Positions 13,251 through 24,787 are shown, counted from the first letter of the stretch. The stretch is 32,000 nt of DNA from an uncultured Alphaproteobacteria bacterium (GCA_944390765.1 CALXQM010000015.1:58178-90177); one strand, 5' to 3'. Program-made: numbers and translations. The notes: generated by a model not told the origin, from the letters alone.

Positions 13251-14077
13251 TGGTATTGAAAGCTTATAAGCCAGTAGCTCCGGGTTCAAGAGGACTAATA
13301 TTAGTAGATCGTTCTTCATTATGGAAGGGTAGACCTTATAAAAAATTAGTTTGTGGTAAATCTGCTACTGGAGGGCGTAATGCTCATGGACATATTACAT
13401 CATGGCATCGTTGTGGAGGACATAAAAAATTATATCGTTTTATCGATTTTTCAAGAAATAAAGTAGATATGGATGCAGTTGTAGAGCGTATTGAATATGA
13501 TCCTAATAGAACTGCCTTTATTGCTTTAATTAGATATAAAGATGGAGAGTATTCCTATATTTTAGCCCCACAAAAGTTATCAGTTGGTGATAAAGTAGTT
13601 TCTTCTGATAAAGCTGATGTAAAAACTGGTAACTGTATGAAGATGATTAATATTCCTGTTGGTACAGTTGTACATAATATTGAGTTTCACATAGGGAAAG
13701 GTGGACAATTTGCTCGTTCTGCAGGAACTTATGGTCAGATTATCGGTCGTGATTCAGGTAGGGTAATTGTAAAATTATCTTCCGGTGAAGTAAGGTTGAT
13801 AAATGGAGAATGTCGTGCTACTATAGGGGTAGTTTCGAATCCAGATCAGAAAAATGTTGTTTTGGGTAAGGCAGGAAGAAGTCGCTGGTTAGGATGGCGC
13901 CCATTTAATAGAGGGTCAGCTATGAATCCTGTGGATCATCCTCATGGCGGAGGAGAGGGTAAAACTAAAAGTGGAAGGCAACCTGTTACTCCATGGGGTA
14001 AGCCGACTAAAGGTTATAAGACCAGAAGAAAGGCGAAGCCTTCTGATAAGTTTATTTTGACGCGTAGAAAGAAATAG
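13250..14077 (+). CDS. rplB: 50S ribosomal protein L2
   Basis: 275 aa with [18 protein letters not shown] overlap with rplW. Confidence 0.97.
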   Translation: MVLKAYKPVAPGSRGLILVDRSSLWKGRPYKKLVCGKSATGGRNAHGHITSWHRCGGHKKLYRFIDFSRNKVDMDAVVERIEYDPNRTAFIALIRYKDGEYSYILAPQKLSVGDKVVSSDKADVKTGNCMKMINIPVGTVVHNIEFHIGKGGQFARSAGTYGQIIGRDSGRVIVKLSSGEVRLINGECRATIGVVSNPDQKNVVLGKAGRSRWLGWRPFNRGSAMNPVDHPHGGGEGKTKSGRQPVTPWGKPTKGYKTRRKAKPSDKFILTRRKK

Positions 14078-14086
14078 GTAAGATTT

Positions 14087-14365
14087 ATGGCTCGTTCAGT
14101 ATGGAAAGGTCCGTTTGTAGACGGATATTTAATGAAAAAAGTAAAAGTTTTGTTAGAATCAGGGCGTCGTGATCCTATTAAAACTTGGTCGAGGAGATCA
14201 ACTTTAATACCTGATTTTGTAGGAGTGACATTTTCTGTACATAATGGTCGTAAATTTATTCCTGTGCTAGTGACTGAGGAAATGGTTGGCCACAAATTGG
14301 GCGAATTTGCACCGACTCGTACTTTTAATGGTCATGCAGGTGATAAGACTGCTGATAAGAAATAG
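14087..14365 (+). CDS. rpsS: 30S ribosomal protein S19
   Basis: 92 aa; [11 protein letters not shown] and HNGRKFIPV. Confidence 0.97.
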   Translation: MARSVWKGPFVDGYLMKKVKVLLESGRRDPIKTWSRRSTLIPDFVGVTFSVHNGRKFIPVLVTEEMVGHKLGEFAPTRTFNGHAGDKTADKK

Positions 14366-14379
14366 ATGGAGATTATATA

Positions 14380-14751
14380 ATGACTAAGAGATTGCATATA
14401 CAACCTTCTTCCATAGATGTGATAGCTAAGGATCGTATGGTTTTGGCATCTCCTCGTAAAGTTAATCTTGTTGCGAAGATGATTAGAGGTATGGCTGCAT
14501 CAAAAGCATTAGATGCCTTAAAATTTTGTAAAAGAGCTGTAGCCCGAGATGTCAGAAAGACTCTTTTATCTGCTATTGCCAATGCTGAAACAAACCATAG
14601 TTTGAATGTGGATTTGTTAAAAGTAAAAGAGGCTTATGTTGGTAAAGCTATTGTTCTCAGAAGATTTATGGCTCGTGCAAAAGGAAGTGGATCTCCTATT
14701 CGTAAGAGATTTAGTCGTTTGACTCTAGTGTTGTGTGAAACTGAGGATTAA
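14380..14751 (+). CDS. rplV: 50S ribosomal protein L22
   Basis: 123 aa; L22-like ([15 protein letters not shown]...ANAE.N) and syntenic. GGAG RBS. Confidence 0.95.
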   Translation: MTKRLHIQPSSIDVIAKDRMVLASPRKVNLVAKMIRGMAASKALDALKFCKRAVARDVRKTLLSAIANAETNHSLNVDLLKVKEAYVGKAIVLRRFMARAKGSGSPIRKRFSRLTLVLCETED

Positions 14752-14752
14752 T

Positions 14753-15430
14753 ATGGGACAAAAAATAAATCCAAATTCGCTTCGTTTAGGAATTATCCGT
14801 AATTGGAATTCTTGCTGGTATTCTAAAAATAACTATGCGGATTTGTTAAGTAAAGATTATGAGTTAAGGCAATTTTTAAATAAGAAATTAGATCAAGCTG
14901 GTGTTTCTAAAATTTCGATTGAGAGATTGGCAAAAAAAGTTGTTATAATGATTCATACTGCCAGGCCTGGAGTAGTTATTGGTAAAAAAGGTAATGGTAT
15001 TGAAAAATTGCGCTCTGATTTAGTAAAAGTTGTAGGTTCGGATGTAGCGTTAAATATTGTTGAAGTACGGAAACCTGATATTGATGCTAAATTAGTAGCT
15101 GATTCTATCGCATCGCAAATAGAAAAGAGAGTTAGTTTTCGTAGGGCAGTTAAAAGAGCGATTCAATCAACTTTGAGAGCTGGTGGATTAGGAATTAGAG
15201 TTAACTGTTCAGGACGGTTAGGTGGGGCAGAAATTGCACGTATGGAATGGTATAGAGAAGGGCAAGTTCCTTTGCATACCTTAAGAGCAGATATTGATTA
15301 TGGTTGTGTAACAGCCAATACTACATATGGAACTATCGGTGTTAAAGTTTGGATATATCGAGGTGAGCAATTTAATACTAAATCGGTATTTTTGCCGAAA
15401 CGTATTGGTGAAAGACAAGAGAGGGAATAG
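14753..15430 (+). CDS. rpsC: 30S ribosomal protein S3
   Basis: Canonical [14 protein letters not shown]-terminus at ATG 14753, 1 nt after the rplV stop. The track start at 14735 overlaps rplV. Confidence 0.96.
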   Translation: MGQKINPNSLRLGIIRNWNSCWYSKNNYADLLSKDYELRQFLNKKLDQAGVSKISIERLAKKVVIMIHTARPGVVIGKKGNGIEKLRSDLVKVVGSDVALNIVEVRKPDIDAKLVADSIASQIEKRVSFRRAVKRAIQSTLRAGGLGIRVNCSGRLGGAEIARMEWYREGQVPLHTLRADIDYGCVTANTTYGTIGVKVWIYRGEQFNTKSVFLPKRIGERQERE

Positions 15431-15433
15431 ATT

Positions 15434-15844
15434 ATGCTATCTCCAGCAAGAATGAAATATAGGAAGCAATTTAAAGGAAGGATACATGGTGTTGCTTCTC
15501 GGGGTTATACTTTGAGTTTTGGTTCTTTTGGTTTAAAGGCAATGAATCCAGCGCGTGTTACTGCAGCACAGATTGAAGCTGCTAGACGTGCTATAACAAG
15601 ATGTATGAAACGTGTTGGTAAAGTTTGGATTAGGATTTATCCGAATGTACCAGTTTCTCAAAAGCCTGCTGAGGTTAGAATGGGAAGCGGAAAAGGTGGA
15701 GTTGAATATTGGGCATGTAGAGTTTATCCTGGAACTATTATGTTTGAGATGGATGGCGTGGATGAGGCTTTAGCGAGAGAAGCTTTATCTTTAGCTGCTG
15801 CTAAATTGCCTGTTTTAACGAAAATAGTTACTAGAGGAGCTTAA
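15434..15844 (+). CDS. rplP: 50S ribosomal protein L16
   Basis: 136 aa; [16 protein letters not shown] and RMGSGKG. Confidence 0.97.
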   Translation: MLSPARMKYRKQFKGRIHGVASRGYTLSFGSFGLKAMNPARVTAAQIEAARRAITRCMKRVGKVWIRIYPNVPVSQKPAEVRMGSGKGGVEYWACRVYPGTIMFEMDGVDEALAREALSLAAAKLPVLTKIVTRGA

Positions 15845-15846
15845 TT

Positions 15847-16032
15847 ATGTCAAAGAATAAAACAAGTTCATCTAATAAAGCTGAATTAGATGCTGCGAAA
15901 TTGGAAATAATGAGACTTCGTTTTCGTCGTGTTTTAGGTGAAAGTGTTTCTGCACATGTTATAAAAAATGCTCGCAAAAATGTTGCAAAATGTGTAAGAT
16001 TATTACAAAGCGATGAGGAAGAGAATGCCTAA
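15847..16032 (+). CDS. rpmC: 50S ribosomal protein L29
   Basis: 61 aa, L29-like helical protein. Assigned mainly by position between rplP and rpsQ. Confidence 0.9.
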   Translation: MSKNKTSSSNKAELDAAKLEIMRLRFRRVLGESVSAHVIKNARKNVAKCVRLLQSDEEENA

Positions 16033-16273
16033 ACGTATTTTAAATGGTGTAGTTACTAGTAATGCTCGTGAAAAAACAGTTACTGTTGAAGTGACAAGAC
16101 ATGTAATGCATCCAAGATATAAAAAATATATTAATGTCACGAAAAAATATCATGCTCATGACGAAAAGAATGAGTGTAATATAGGTGATAAAGTTACAAT
16201 ATGTGAATCTAGTCCTATATCCAAGACAAAAAGTTGGATAGTTATTGGAAATAGCTCTAGTGGGAGTATATAA
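16025..16273 (+). CDS. rpsQ: 30S ribosomal protein S17
   Basis: [33 protein letters not shown]. The ATG at 16025 overlaps the rpmC stop by 8 nt. The track start at 16013 is an upstream extension. Confidence 0.94.
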   Translation: MPKRILNGVVTSNAREKTVTVEVTRHVMHPRYKKYINVTKKYHAHDEKNECNIGDKVTICESSPISKTKSWIVIGNSSSGSI

Positions 16274-16275
16274 TT

Positions 16276-16674
16276 ATGATACAAATGCAATCTCGTTTGT
16301 TTGTTGCAGATAATTCAGGCGCTAAAGAGATTATGTGCATAAAAGTTTTGGGAGGAGCTGGTCGTAGGTATGCTAGAGTTGGCGATATTATTGTTGCATC
16401 GGTAAAGGAAGCTATTCCACATGGAAAGGTTAAAGAGGGCGATGTAGTACAAGCTTTAGTTGTTAGAACCGCTTCTGCAATTCATAGAAAAGATGGTAGC
16501 ATTATAAGGTTTGATAAAAATGCTGCGGTATTGGTTAATAAACAGGGCGAACCATTAGGAACTCGTGTTTTTGGTCCTGTGACAAGGGAGTTGCGTTTAA
16601 ATAAAAATATGAAAAAAGATAGCGTAGCTAAGAGTATGATGAAAATTATCTCTTTAGCTCCGGAGGTTTTATAA
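16276..16674 (+). CDS. rplN: 50S ribosomal protein L14 (with about 10-aa C-proximal insertion)
   Basis: [27 protein letters not shown] ... [10 protein letters not shown]. 132 aa versus about 122 aa typical. Confidence 0.96.
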   Translation: MIQMQSRLFVADNSGAKEIMCIKVLGGAGRRYARVGDIIVASVKEAIPHGKVKEGDVVQALVVRTASAIHRKDGSIIRFDKNAAVLVNKQGEPLGTRVFGPVTRELRLNKNMKKDSVAKSMMKIISLAPEVL

Positions 16675-16988
16675 TGAATAAATGGCGTATTAAAAAAGGA
16701 GATACTGTTCAGGTTATTTCTGGAAAAGATAAAGGCGCAAAAGGTGAGATTTTGCGTGTTTTGAGAGAAGAGAGAAGGGTTATAGTTAAAGGTGTAAATG
16801 TATGTACAAGACATCAAAAGCCTTCAATGAATAATCCTGGTGGACTTATTAAGAAGGAGCAATCTATTCATGCATCAAATGTTATGATAATTGATCCTAA
16901 TAATGATAAACCAACTCGCATTGGAATGAAAATAATCGATGGTAAAAAGGTGCGTGTTTCAAAACGTACGGGTGCTGTGTTAAACTAG
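16674..16988 (+). CDS. rplX: 50S ribosomal protein L24
   Basis: 104 aa with KOW motif [23 protein letters not shown] overlap with rplN. Confidence 0.96.
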   Translation: MNKWRIKKGDTVQVISGKDKGAKGEILRVLREERRVIVKGVNVCTRHQKPSMNNPGGLIKKEQSIHASNVMIIDPNNDKPTRIGMKIIDGKKVRVSKRTGAVLN

Positions 16989-17001
16989 GCGTGGGAAGAT
17001 T

Positions 17002-17541
17002 ATGGCTCGTTTAAGAGATTATTATAATAAAGAATTGATTAAGAAATTGAAAACCTCTCTTGGCTTAAAAAATGATTTAGAGGTTCCTGCATTGAAAAAA
17101 ATAGTTTTAAATATGGGAATGGGAGAGGCTGTTACTGATAGTAAGTATGTAAAACAAGCAGTGGAAGAACTGACGATGATTGCTGGTCAAAAAGCAGTTA
17201 TGACAGTAGCAAGAAAGTCTATTGCTGGTTTTAAATTACGACAAGGACAGAAAATTGGAGCAATGGTTACGCTTCGCGGAGATAGAATGTATGAATTCTT
17301 AGACCGTTTAATTAATATAGCGTTACCTAGAGTTAGAGATTTTAGGGGACTTTCAAAAAAATCATTTGATGGTAATGGGAATTATTCTTTTGGTATTAAA
17401 GAACAAATTATTTTCCCTGAAGTTGCGGTTAGTAATGTAGATAATATTCATGGATTAGATGTTGTTATCGTTACTAGTTCTAATAATGATGCTCATGCAG
17501 CAGAATTATTAAAAGGATTTAATTTCCCATTTATGGCATGA
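17002..17541 (+). CDS. rplE: 50S ribosomal protein L5
   Basis: 179 aa; L5-like ([28 protein letters not shown]). Confidence 0.96.
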   Translation: MARLRDYYNKELIKKLKTSLGLKNDLEVPALKKIVLNMGMGEAVTDSKYVKQAVEELTMIAGQKAVMTVARKSIAGFKLRQGQKIGAMVTLRGDRMYEFLDRLINIALPRVRDFRGLSKKSFDGNGNYSFGIKEQIIFPEVAVSNVDNIHGLDVVIVTSSNNDAHAAELLKGFNFPFMA

Positions 17542-17552
17542 GAGGATAAAAA

Positions 17553-17858
17553 ATGGCTCGTTTGAGTAGTATTGAATCAGCAAAGAGGATTCGTAGAAAA
17601 GTTAAAGCTAAAAAAGCGAAACGTGCTGAGTTAAAAGCTATAATTATGAATAGAACAATATCTCCTGAGGAACGTTTTGCTGCTCAATTAAAATTGGCAG
17701 CAATGCCTAGAACATCTTCAGCTACTAGAATTAGAAATCGTTGTATGATTACAGGGCGTGCTCGTGGAGTGTATAGGAAATTTAACATATCTCGTATTAT
17801 GTTAAGAGAAATGGCGGCTAATGGATTAGTTCCAGGGGTCCACAAAGCAAGTTGGTAA
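17553..17858 (+). CDS. rpsN: 30S ribosomal protein S14 (long, non-zinc type)
   Basis: 101 aa; [21 protein letters not shown]...ASW. Confidence 0.95.
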   Translation: MARLSSIESAKRIRRKVKAKKAKRAELKAIIMNRTISPEERFAAQLKLAAMPRTSSATRIRNRCMITGRARGVYRKFNISRIMLREMAANGLVPGVHKASW

Positions 17859-17871
17859 GGAGTATTTTCAA

Positions 17872-18264
17872 ATGATGACAGATCCTATTTCGGATATGCT
17901 CGCAAGAATTAAAAATGCTTGTGGTCGATATTTTGAAACAGTTGATATCCCATCATCTAAAATTAAAGTAGGTATTTTAAGTACTTTAGAGAGAGAAGGT
18001 TATATTAACGGATTTAAGGAAATCGATATAGATGGGCATAAATTCTTAAGAGTAGAATTAAGGTATTATGAAGGTAGACCAGTTATAAATATGTTGGATA
18101 GAGTATCTAAACCGAGTCGGAGAGTATATTCTAAGATAAAAAAAGTTAAATCTGTTTATAATGGTTTTGGTATATATGTTCTCTCCACTTCTAAAGGGAT
18201 TATGTCTGATGCAGAAGCAAAAGAGCATAATGTTGGTGGCGAAGTTTTATGTAAGGTATTCTAG
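17872..18264 (+). CDS. rpsH: 30S ribosomal protein S8
   Basis: 130 aa; TDPISDMLARIKNA and GGEVLCKVF. AAGGAG RBS. Confidence 0.96.
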   Translation: MMTDPISDMLARIKNACGRYFETVDIPSSKIKVGILSTLEREGYINGFKEIDIDGHKFLRVELRYYEGRPVINMLDRVSKPSRRVYSKIKKVKSVYNGFGIYVLSTSKGIMSDAEAKEHNVGGEVLCKVF

Positions 18265-18266
18265 AA

Positions 18267-18800
18267 ATGTCAAGAATTGGAAAACACCCTATAGAGATTC
18301 CTACCGGCGTAACAGTTCTAATTGATAATGGCTTTATTTCCGGAAAAGGGAAAAACAGTGAATTTAAATTTAAAATTCCCGAGAATGTTAATGTCGATAT
18401 CGTTGATGGAAAAATTATTTTTAAACCATGTGATGATAGTAAGGTCTCTAGATCTATGTGGGGAACTTGTAGAGCTATTGTAGCAAAACAAGTGAAAGGA
18501 TTAACAGAGGTTTTTGTTAAGAAATTAAATCTAGTTGGAGTAGGATATAAAGCCAATATTCAAGGTAATAATTTGGTTCTCCAATTAGGATATAGTCATG
18601 ATATAATTTTTGAAATTCCAACTGATGTGAAAATTGCTTGTGAAAATCCTACAACTATTGTTGTTTCAAGCGCTAATAATCAGCGTGTTGGTGAAATAAT
18701 TAAAAATCTTCAGAAATTTAGACCTCCAGAACCTTATAAAGGCAAAGGAGTTATTATTGATGGTCAGTTTGTCTATCGTAAAGAAGGGAAAAAGAAGTAG
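18267..18800 (+). CDS. rplF: 50S ribosomal protein L6
   Basis: 177 aa; [12 protein letters not shown] and PEPYKGKGV. Confidence 0.96.
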   Translation: MSRIGKHPIEIPTGVTVLIDNGFISGKGKNSEFKFKIPENVNVDIVDGKIIFKPCDDSKVSRSMWGTCRAIVAKQVKGLTEVFVKKLNLVGVGYKANIQGNNLVLQLGYSHDIIFEIPTDVKIACENPTTIVVSSANNQRVGEIIKNLQKFRPPEPYKGKGVIIDGQFVYRKEGKKK

Positions 18801-18802
18801 TT

Positions 18803-19159
18803 ATGACTAGATTTAGTAAAGATTTTAAGCGAAGGTCAGCAAGAGTCCGTTTTGCTATTCGTAAAAGTGCTTCTGGAAAGCCAAGGCTTTCTGTATTTAG
18901 ATCAGAAAGACATATTTACGCTCAGATTATAGATGATTCATGTGGTAAGACATTATGTGCGGCTTCTACCATGGATAAAAGTTTTAGAGCAAGTAAAAAA
19001 TCTAATTGTGATGCTGCAACAAGAGTTGGAACGATGATTGCAGCAAAAGCGATTGAGGCAGGAATAAAAGAAGTAGTGTTTGATCGTGGTGGCTATAATT
19101 ATCATGGCAGAGTAAAAGCTCTAGCCGATGGTGCTCGTAGTGGCGGTTTATTATTTTAA
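18803..19159 (+). CDS. rplR: 50S ribosomal protein L18
   Basis: 118 aa; [18 protein letters not shown] and [20 protein letters not shown]. Confidence 0.96.
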   Translation: MTRFSKDFKRRSARVRFAIRKSASGKPRLSVFRSERHIYAQIIDDSCGKTLCAASTMDKSFRASKKSNCDAATRVGTMIAAKAIEAGIKEVVFDRGGYNYHGRVKALADGARSGGLLF

Positions 19160-19170
19160 GGATTAAATTT

Positions 19171-19683
19171 ATGAGTCGTGAAGAAATATCTTACATTGAA
19201 AAACTTGTGGCAATAAACCGTGTCGCCAAAGTTGTAAAAGGAGGAAAGAGGTTTTCTTTTTCCGCTTTAGTTATTGTTGGTGATGGGAAAGGCAGAGTCG
19301 GATATGCTGGTGGAAAAGCTAGAGAAGTATCTGATGCTGTAAAAAAGGCGGCGGAGAAAGCTAAAAAATGTATGGTAAGGATTCCTTTGAGAGAAAGTCG
19401 TACAATTCATCATGATGTATCAGGTAGATTTGGAGCTGGACGTGTTGTATTACGTACAGCAGTTTCAGGTACCGGTATCATCGCTGGTGGAGCTATGCGT
19501 GCAGTGTTTGAAGCTCTTGGAATTCAAGATATTGTAAGTAAATGTATTGGTTCTGCAAATCCACATAATATGGTTAGAGCTACATTTCAAGCATTACGTT
19601 CTACAGTATCTCCGAGATATATTGCTAGCAAACGTGGAAAAAGAATTAGCGAAGTAACATCTCGACGTGCCTCAGTGAAATAA
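19171..19683 (+). CDS. rpsE: 30S ribosomal protein S5
   Basis: 170 aa; [30 protein letters not shown]. Confidence 0.96.
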   Translation: MSREEISYIEKLVAINRVAKVVKGGKRFSFSALVIVGDGKGRVGYAGGKAREVSDAVKKAAEKAKKCMVRIPLRESRTIHHDVSGRFGAGRVVLRTAVSGTGIIAGGAMRAVFEALGIQDIVSKCIGSANPHNMVRATFQALRSTVSPRYIASKRGKRISEVTSRRASVK

Positions 19684-19692
19684 GGATTGGCT

Positions 19693-19899
19693 ATGGCTAA
19701 AAAAGAAGTAAAAGCAAATAGTTTGATTGTTACCCAAGTTAGGAGTAAAATTGGGTGTTTAAAGAACCAAGTATGTTGCTTAAAGGGACTTGGTTTAGGT
19801 AAAATTGGGAAAAAGGTTACCTTAAAAGATAATAGCTGTGTGAGAGGGATGATTAAAAAAGTCTCTCACTTAGTGGAAGTTGAGGTTGTAAATGGCTAG
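19693..19899 (+). CDS. rpmD: 50S ribosomal protein L30
   Basis: 68 aa from ATG 19693, with AAGGA 6 nt upstream. The track's TTG at 19687 is also possible. L30-like (VTQVRS.IG......CLKGLGL) and syntenic. Confidence 0.9.
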   Translation: MAKKEVKANSLIVTQVRSKIGCLKNQVCCLKGLGLGKIGKKVTLKDNSCVRGMIKKVSHLVEVEVVNG

Positions 19900-20356
19900 T
19901 ATTAAATTAAATAATTTAAAAGCACGTAGCGGAATAGATAGCAAAGCTATCGGTCGAGGAATAGGTTCTGGTTGTGGAAAAACTTCTACTTTTGGACATA
20001 AAGGAGGAAAGGCTCGTTCTGGTCGCGGTAAAGTTGTTTGGTTTGAAGGTGGTCAGATGCCTATTTATAGAAGGCTTCCAAAAAGAGGGTTTAATTCTTT
20101 AAGAGATAAGTCTAAGATCGATATAATTAATTTGTGCGATTTGCAGAGGCTTTGTGATGCAAAAATGTTAAAAGCAAATCAGAGTGTAAATATCGATATT
20201 TTAAAAGAAATTGGAGCAGTTAGAAAAAAAGCAGATATTCTACGTGTTCTCGCAAAAGGAGAGTTAAAAATTGCTCTACAGATTTCTGCAAATTATGCTT
20301 CCGATGCAGCAATGAAAGCTGTTGAAGCTGCTGGAGGTAAGGTTCAAATAGTTTAG
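19892..20356 (+). CDS. rplO: 50S ribosomal protein L15
   Basis: 154 aa; GRGIGSGCGKTSTFGHKGGKARSG. 8-nt overlap with rpmD. Confidence 0.95.
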   Translation: MASIKLNNLKARSGIDSKAIGRGIGSGCGKTSTFGHKGGKARSGRGKVVWFEGGQMPIYRRLPKRGFNSLRDKSKIDIINLCDLQRLCDAKMLKANQSVNIDILKEIGAVRKKADILRVLAKGELKIALQISANYASDAAMKAVEAAGGKVQIV

Positions 20357-20364
20357 GTTATTAT

Positions 20365-21705
20365 ATGACTAATAGCATTTTTAACCAAGGTTTTAGTTTT
20401 GAGACATTTTCAAAAGCCTCGGATTTACAGAAAAGATTAATTTTCACTATTCTGGCTTTATTTGTTTATAGAATAGGGACATATATTCCATTGCCAGGTT
20501 TAGATCCGGCGGTTATCTCTGATTTGGCTAATCGTCATTTGGGTGGAAATGGGTTTTTGGGCATGTTTAATATGTTTTCAGGTGGTGCATTAGGTCGTAT
20601 GACAATTTTTGCATTAAATCTTATGCCTTATATCTCTTCATCCATTATCATTCAGTTAATGACTATGGTTTCTCCTACTTTAGAGGCTTTAAAAAAAGAA
20701 GGAGAAACAGGCAGAAAAAAGATACATCAATACACTAAATATTTAACTATTTTTGTAGCGGGTTTTCAATCTTGGGGAATTTGTTTGTGGTTGATGAATT
20801 TAGAACATTCTCCTGTTGTAATAGGTAATTTGTTTCCCGTGATTGCAGTTCCATCATTAATTTGTGGAACTTTATTTTTAGTATGGTTAGGAGAACAGAT
20901 GACCTCTCGTGGAGTAGGAAATGGTTCTTCTTTGTTAATTTTTGCAGGTATAGTTGCTAATATGCCTGTAAGTATTTTAACAATTCTTGAAATGGGAAGG
21001 GCTGGCGCTTTGTCAGTGGTTGCTGTAATTGCTATTTTTGCTATAGCTTTAGCAGTGATTTTCTTTGTTTCTTTTATGGAGAGAGCCCAACGTAAAGTTT
21101 CTATTAGTTATCCTCAACGACAAGCTATGGTAGCTCAAGGGAATTATAATATGGGTACAAGCAATCATTTGCCTTTGAAAATTAATTCTGCTGGTGTTAT
21201 TCCACCTATTTTTGCCTATTCATTATTATCTTTGCCTATGGTTGCTGCAAGTTTTTTGAATACAGATAACGAATATGTTATGGCGTTTTTGGATGTATTC
21301 GGAGGCAGAGGTTCTGGCTCTGTAGTTTTTTCTGTAATTTTTGTGATATTAGTTGTTTTCTTTTCTTTCTTTTATACTGCAGTTGTGTTTAACCCTACTG
21401 AAACGGCGGATAATTTAAAAAAAGCTGGAGGATACATTCCAGGAGTAAGACCAGGGAAAGCAACTGCTGAATATTTAGATTATATATTAACAAGGCTTAC
21501 TACAGTTGGTGCTTTGTATATGTCTTTTGTGTGTTTAATACCAGATTTTATTAATGCACAATTTGGAGTTCATTTTGTATTTGGAGGTACTGGTATTTTA
21601 ATTATAGTTGGAGTTACAATAGATACCATATCACAGATTTATACTCATATTCTGTCTCATCAGTATAGAGGAGTACTAAAAAAGATAGAAAGAAGGAGAA
21701 AATAA
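20365..21705 (+). CDS. secY: Preprotein translocase subunit SecY
   Basis: 446 aa, multi-TM. RLIFTILALFVYRIGTYIPLPG N-terminal signature; syntenic after rplO. Confidence 0.97.
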   Translation: MTNSIFNQGFSFETFSKASDLQKRLIFTILALFVYRIGTYIPLPGLDPAVISDLANRHLGGNGFLGMFNMFSGGALGRMTIFALNLMPYISSSIIIQLMTMVSPTLEALKKEGETGRKKIHQYTKYLTIFVAGFQSWGICLWLMNLEHSPVVIGNLFPVIAVPSLICGTLFLVWLGEQMTSRGVGNGSSLLIFAGIVANMPVSILTILEMGRAGALSVVAVIAIFAIALAVIFFVSFMERAQRKVSISYPQRQAMVAQGNYNMGTSNHLPLKINSAGVIPPIFAYSLLSLPMVAASFLNTDNEYVMAFLDVFGGRGSGSVVFSVIFVILVVFFSFFYTAVVFNPTETADNLKKAGGYIPGVRPGKATAEYLDYILTRLTTVGALYMSFVCLIPDFINAQFGVHFVFGGTGILIIVGVTIDTISQIYTHILSHQYRGVLKKIERRRK

Positions 21706-22364
21706 TGGCTCTAGTAGAAATTTTGGTTCTTTTTGGCGCTCCTGGTTCTGGTAAGGGTACTGTTGCGCAGTTTTTAAAAGAAAATTATGAAGTTTATCAT
21801 TTTTCTACTGGAAATTTGCTTAGAAATGAAGTAAAAAAAGAATCTGATATAGGTTTGAAGGTAAAAGATATAATAGGTTCAGGTGGATTAGTTGGAGATG
21901 ATATTGTCAATGAGATAGTTCGTAGGAATATCATCGATACTATAGAAAAAGGTTCTCTGATTATTTTGGACGGATATCCTAGGACAGTAAATCAAGCTAA
22001 AGTTTTAGATGATATAATGTCTGGTACTTTGAGGGAGAAAATTAGAGTATTAGAGCTTGAAGTTGATGATGAAATTGTTGTAAAGAGAATTTCACAAAGA
22101 CGTGTTTGTGTTAAGTGCGGAAATACTTATGGACCTCAAGATAAAATAGATGTTTGTTCTTGTGGTGGTGAACTTATAAAGAGAAAAGATGATGAAGAAT
22201 CAGTTGTTAGAAATAGATTAGAGCAGTATAAAAAGGAAACTTATCCTGTTTCTGTCTATTATAACAGTAGGTTGGTTAAAGTTTCAGGAGATGGTAGCCC
22301 TGAAGAAGTAGAGCATAGGGTAGATGATGCTCTTTTGAAATTTGGAATAAAAAAGAGGAGATAA
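21705..22364 (+). CDS. adk: Adenylate kinase
   Basis: P-loop GAPGSGKGT, ILDGYPRT, and a Cys-containing LID (CVKCG...CSCGG). 1-nt overlap with secY. Confidence 0.96.
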   Translation: MALVEILVLFGAPGSGKGTVAQFLKENYEVYHFSTGNLLRNEVKKESDIGLKVKDIIGSGGLVGDDIVNEIVRRNIIDTIEKGSLIILDGYPRTVNQAKVLDDIMSGTLREKIRVLELEVDDEIVVKRISQRRVCVKCGNTYGPQDKIDVCSCGGELIKRKDDEESVVRNRLEQYKKETYPVSVYYNSRLVKVSGDGSPEEVEHRVDDALLKFGIKKRR

Positions 22365-22367
22365 TTA

Positions 22368-22745
22368 GTGGCTCGTATAGCTGGTGTTAATTTGCCTGAT
22401 AAAAAACGCGTTGAATTCGCTTTAAGGTATATATATGGTATTGGTCCAAAACGTTCTGGGGATATTTGTCGTGAGCTTGGTATACCTGCAGAAAGAAGAG
22501 TATTTGAGCTTTCTGATGATGAAATTTTAAAAATCCGTGAGTTTATTGATAAGAATTATCAGGTCGAAGGTGATTTGAGACGAGCTGTAGCTATGAGTAT
22601 AAAGAGATTGATGGATCTCGGTTGCTATAGAGGGTTTAGACATAGAAAAGGACTTCCTGTTCATGGTCAGAGAACCCATACGAATGCTCGTACAAGAAAG
22701 GGAAAGGCGAGAGCTATTCCAGGTAAGAAAAAAGTAACAAAGTAA
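22368..22745 (+). CDS. rpsM: 30S ribosomal protein S13
   Basis: GTG start after [15 protein letters not shown]...GIG and [18 protein letters not shown]. Confidence 0.96.
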   Translation: MARIAGVNLPDKKRVEFALRYIYGIGPKRSGDICRELGIPAERRVFELSDDEILKIREFIDKNYQVEGDLRRAVAMSIKRLMDLGCYRGFRHRKGLPVHGQRTHTNARTRKGKARAIPGKKKVTK

Positions 22746-22763
22746 TAAGGGGTTAACATTATT

Positions 22764-23156
22764 ATGGCTTACAAAGGCACTCAAAAATTAAAAAAGAAAG
22801 ATAGGAAAAACGTTGTTTCTGGTATAGCCCATGTTAATTCAACGTTTAATAATACTATGATTACCATAACGGATATGCAGGGAAATACTATTGCTTGGAG
22901 CTCTTCTGGAAGTTTAGGATTTAAAGGTTCTCGTAAATCTACTCCATATGCGGCACAGGTTGCAGCAGAAAAAGCAGCTTCTAAAGCTATTGAGCATGGA
23001 ATGAAAAATATTGATGTAGAAGTTATGGGACCTGGTTCAGGTAGAGAGTCTGCTTTGAGGACTTTTCAGACATTAGGATTGATTGTCGGTTCTATTAGGG
23101 ATGTGACTCCAATTCCTCATAATGGTTGTAGACCACCAAAGCGTCGTAGAGTTTAA
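22764..23156 (+). CDS. rpsK: 30S ribosomal protein S11
   Basis: 130 aa; [18 protein letters not shown] and [16 protein letters not shown]. Confidence 0.97.
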   Translation: MAYKGTQKLKKKDRKNVVSGIAHVNSTFNNTMITITDMQGNTIAWSSSGSLGFKGSRKSTPYAAQVAAEKAASKAIEHGMKNIDVEVMGPGSGRESALRTFQTLGLIVGSIRDVTPIPHNGCRPPKRRRV

Positions 23157-23174
23157 TCGTATAGAGGTTGTAAA

Positions 23175-24197
23175 GTGATTCAGAAGCAGTGGCAAGATTT
23201 AATAAAGCCTTATAAACTCCAAGTTGATAATAATAAGGCTGAAATTGGTAATCGTAAGGGAATTGTAGTCGCAGAACCTTTGGAAAGAGGTTTTGGTGTT
23301 ACTTTGGGAAATGCTTTACGTAGAGTTTTGTTGTCTTCGTTAAAAGGAGCAGCTGTTACATCTATTAGAATAGATGGAGTTGTTCATGAATTTTCAACGA
23401 TTAAAGGCGTAGCAGAAGATGTTACGGATATTATTTTAAATATAAAGGCTCTTCCTTTAAAGTTGGAAAGTGATACTCCAAGAAAGATGAAGTTAAAGGT
23501 TACGGGTCCATGCAAAGTAACTGCGCAAATGTTTGAGTTAGGATCTGAAATTGAATTATTGGATCCTGAGCATTATATTTGTACACTTGATGATGGCGCT
23601 ACTTTAAATATGGAAATGACTGTGGCAGTTGGGCGCGGTTACGTAGTTGCAAGTCATAACAGGACAGAAAATGCCCCGGTTGGAACAATTTTTATTGATT
23701 CCATTTTTAATCCTGTGAAAAAAGTTTCTTATAAAGTAGAGAATACTCGTGTTGGTCAAACAACTGATTATGATAAGTTAATTATGGAAGTAGAAACAAA
23801 CGGTTCTATTTCTCCAGAAGATGCTGTTGCTATGTCTGCACGTATTTTACAAGATCAATTCCAGAAATTCATTAATTTTGAGGAAGAAATTGATGAGAAT
23901 GATGATGATAACTTACATAAATTGCCTTTCCCTGAAAGCTTATTGAAAAAAGTTGATGATTTAGAGCTTTCAGTACGTTCAATGAATTGTTTAAAGAATG
24001 ATAATATTGTTTATATAGGCGATCTTGTTCGTAAAACGGAAAATGAGATGCTTCGTACTCCTAATTTTGGTAGAAAGTCTTTGAATGAAATAAAAGAAGT
24101 TCTTTCTCAAATGGGATTGTATTTAGGAATGTCAATAGAAGGATGGCCTATAGATAATATTGATGAAGTGGCTAGGAAAATACATAATAAACTTTAG
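23175..24197 (+). CDS. rpoA: DNA-directed RNA polymerase subunit alpha
   Basis: 340 aa with GTG start after AGAGG. NTD motif [11 protein letters not shown]; CTD motif [22 protein letters not shown]. Confidence 0.97.
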   Translation: MIQKQWQDLIKPYKLQVDNNKAEIGNRKGIVVAEPLERGFGVTLGNALRRVLLSSLKGAAVTSIRIDGVVHEFSTIKGVAEDVTDIILNIKALPLKLESDTPRKMKLKVTGPCKVTAQMFELGSEIELLDPEHYICTLDDGATLNMEMTVAVGRGYVVASHNRTENAPVGTIFIDSIFNPVKKVSYKVENTRVGQTTDYDKLIMEVETNGSISPEDAVAMSARILQDQFQKFINFEEEIDENDDDNLHKLPFPESLLKKVDDLELSVRSMNCLKNDNIVYIGDLVRKTENEMLRTPNFGRKSLNEIKEVLSQMGLYLGMSIEGWPIDNIDEVARKIHNKL

Positions 24198-24208
24198 GGA
24201 GATTTTTT

Positions 24209-24622
24209 ATGCGTCATAGAATTAAAGGAAGAAAGTTTAATAGAAGAACTTCGCAAAGATTAGCTTTGTTTAATAGTTTAGCAAAATCTTTATTAAAATA
24301 TGAGCAGATTATAACTACTCTTCCTAAAGCTAAGGATTTACGTCCATATGTAGAAAAGATGATTACTTTAGGAAAGACTGGTTCTGTTGCGAATAGAAGA
24401 CATTTATTTGCGAAATTAAGGGATAATAGTTTAGTTTCTAAGGTATTTGGTACATTGTCTGAGCGTTATAATAACAGAAATGGAGGATACACCCGTATCG
24501 TTAAATGCGGATTTCGAGAAGGGGATATGGCTCCAATGGCTGTTATTGAATTGATAGATAGAGATGAGACGGCGAAAGTTACAGTTGCCCCATCTACTGA
24601 ACCGGATGTTAATCCCGCTTAA
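24209..24622 (+). CDS. rplQ: 50S ribosomal protein L17
   Basis: 137 aa; [12 protein letters not shown] and GGYTRIVK. Confidence 0.96.
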   Translation: MRHRIKGRKFNRRTSQRLALFNSLAKSLLKYEQIITTLPKAKDLRPYVEKMITLGKTGSVANRRHLFAKLRDNSLVSKVFGTLSERYNNRNGGYTRIVKCGFREGDMAPMAVIELIDRDETAKVTVAPSTEPDVNPA

Positions 24623-24657
24623 TTCTATTTAAATTTTTTAAAATTATTTAAGCTGAG

Positions 24658-24695
24658 GAATCTCTTTTCAAAAGATTAGAGATTCTTTTGTTTTT
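24658..24695 (+). terminator. Rho-independent terminator of the ribosomal-protein array
   Basis: Perfect 8-bp stem GAATCTCT (24658-24665) / AGAGATTC (24678-24685) with a 12-nt loop, followed by TTTTGTTTTT (24686-24695). Lies 36 nt after the rplQ stop. Confidence 0.8.
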
Positions 24696-24787
24696 ATTAT
24701 ATGATTTTTTTAAAATAGAAAAAGAGGGTAGGGGATTATGGATTGATTTTTTTCTTAACACCATTAATGAATCTGTAGCACTGTTTT

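Noticed and set aside
22107-22163. Unusual adenylate kinase LID (C-x2-C-x12-C-x-C, a few residues shorter than the Bacillus-type C-x2-C-x16-C-x2-C/D)
   Set aside because: It still has four potential zinc ligands, and LID length and ligands vary widely among lineages, so this is not informative without an alignment.
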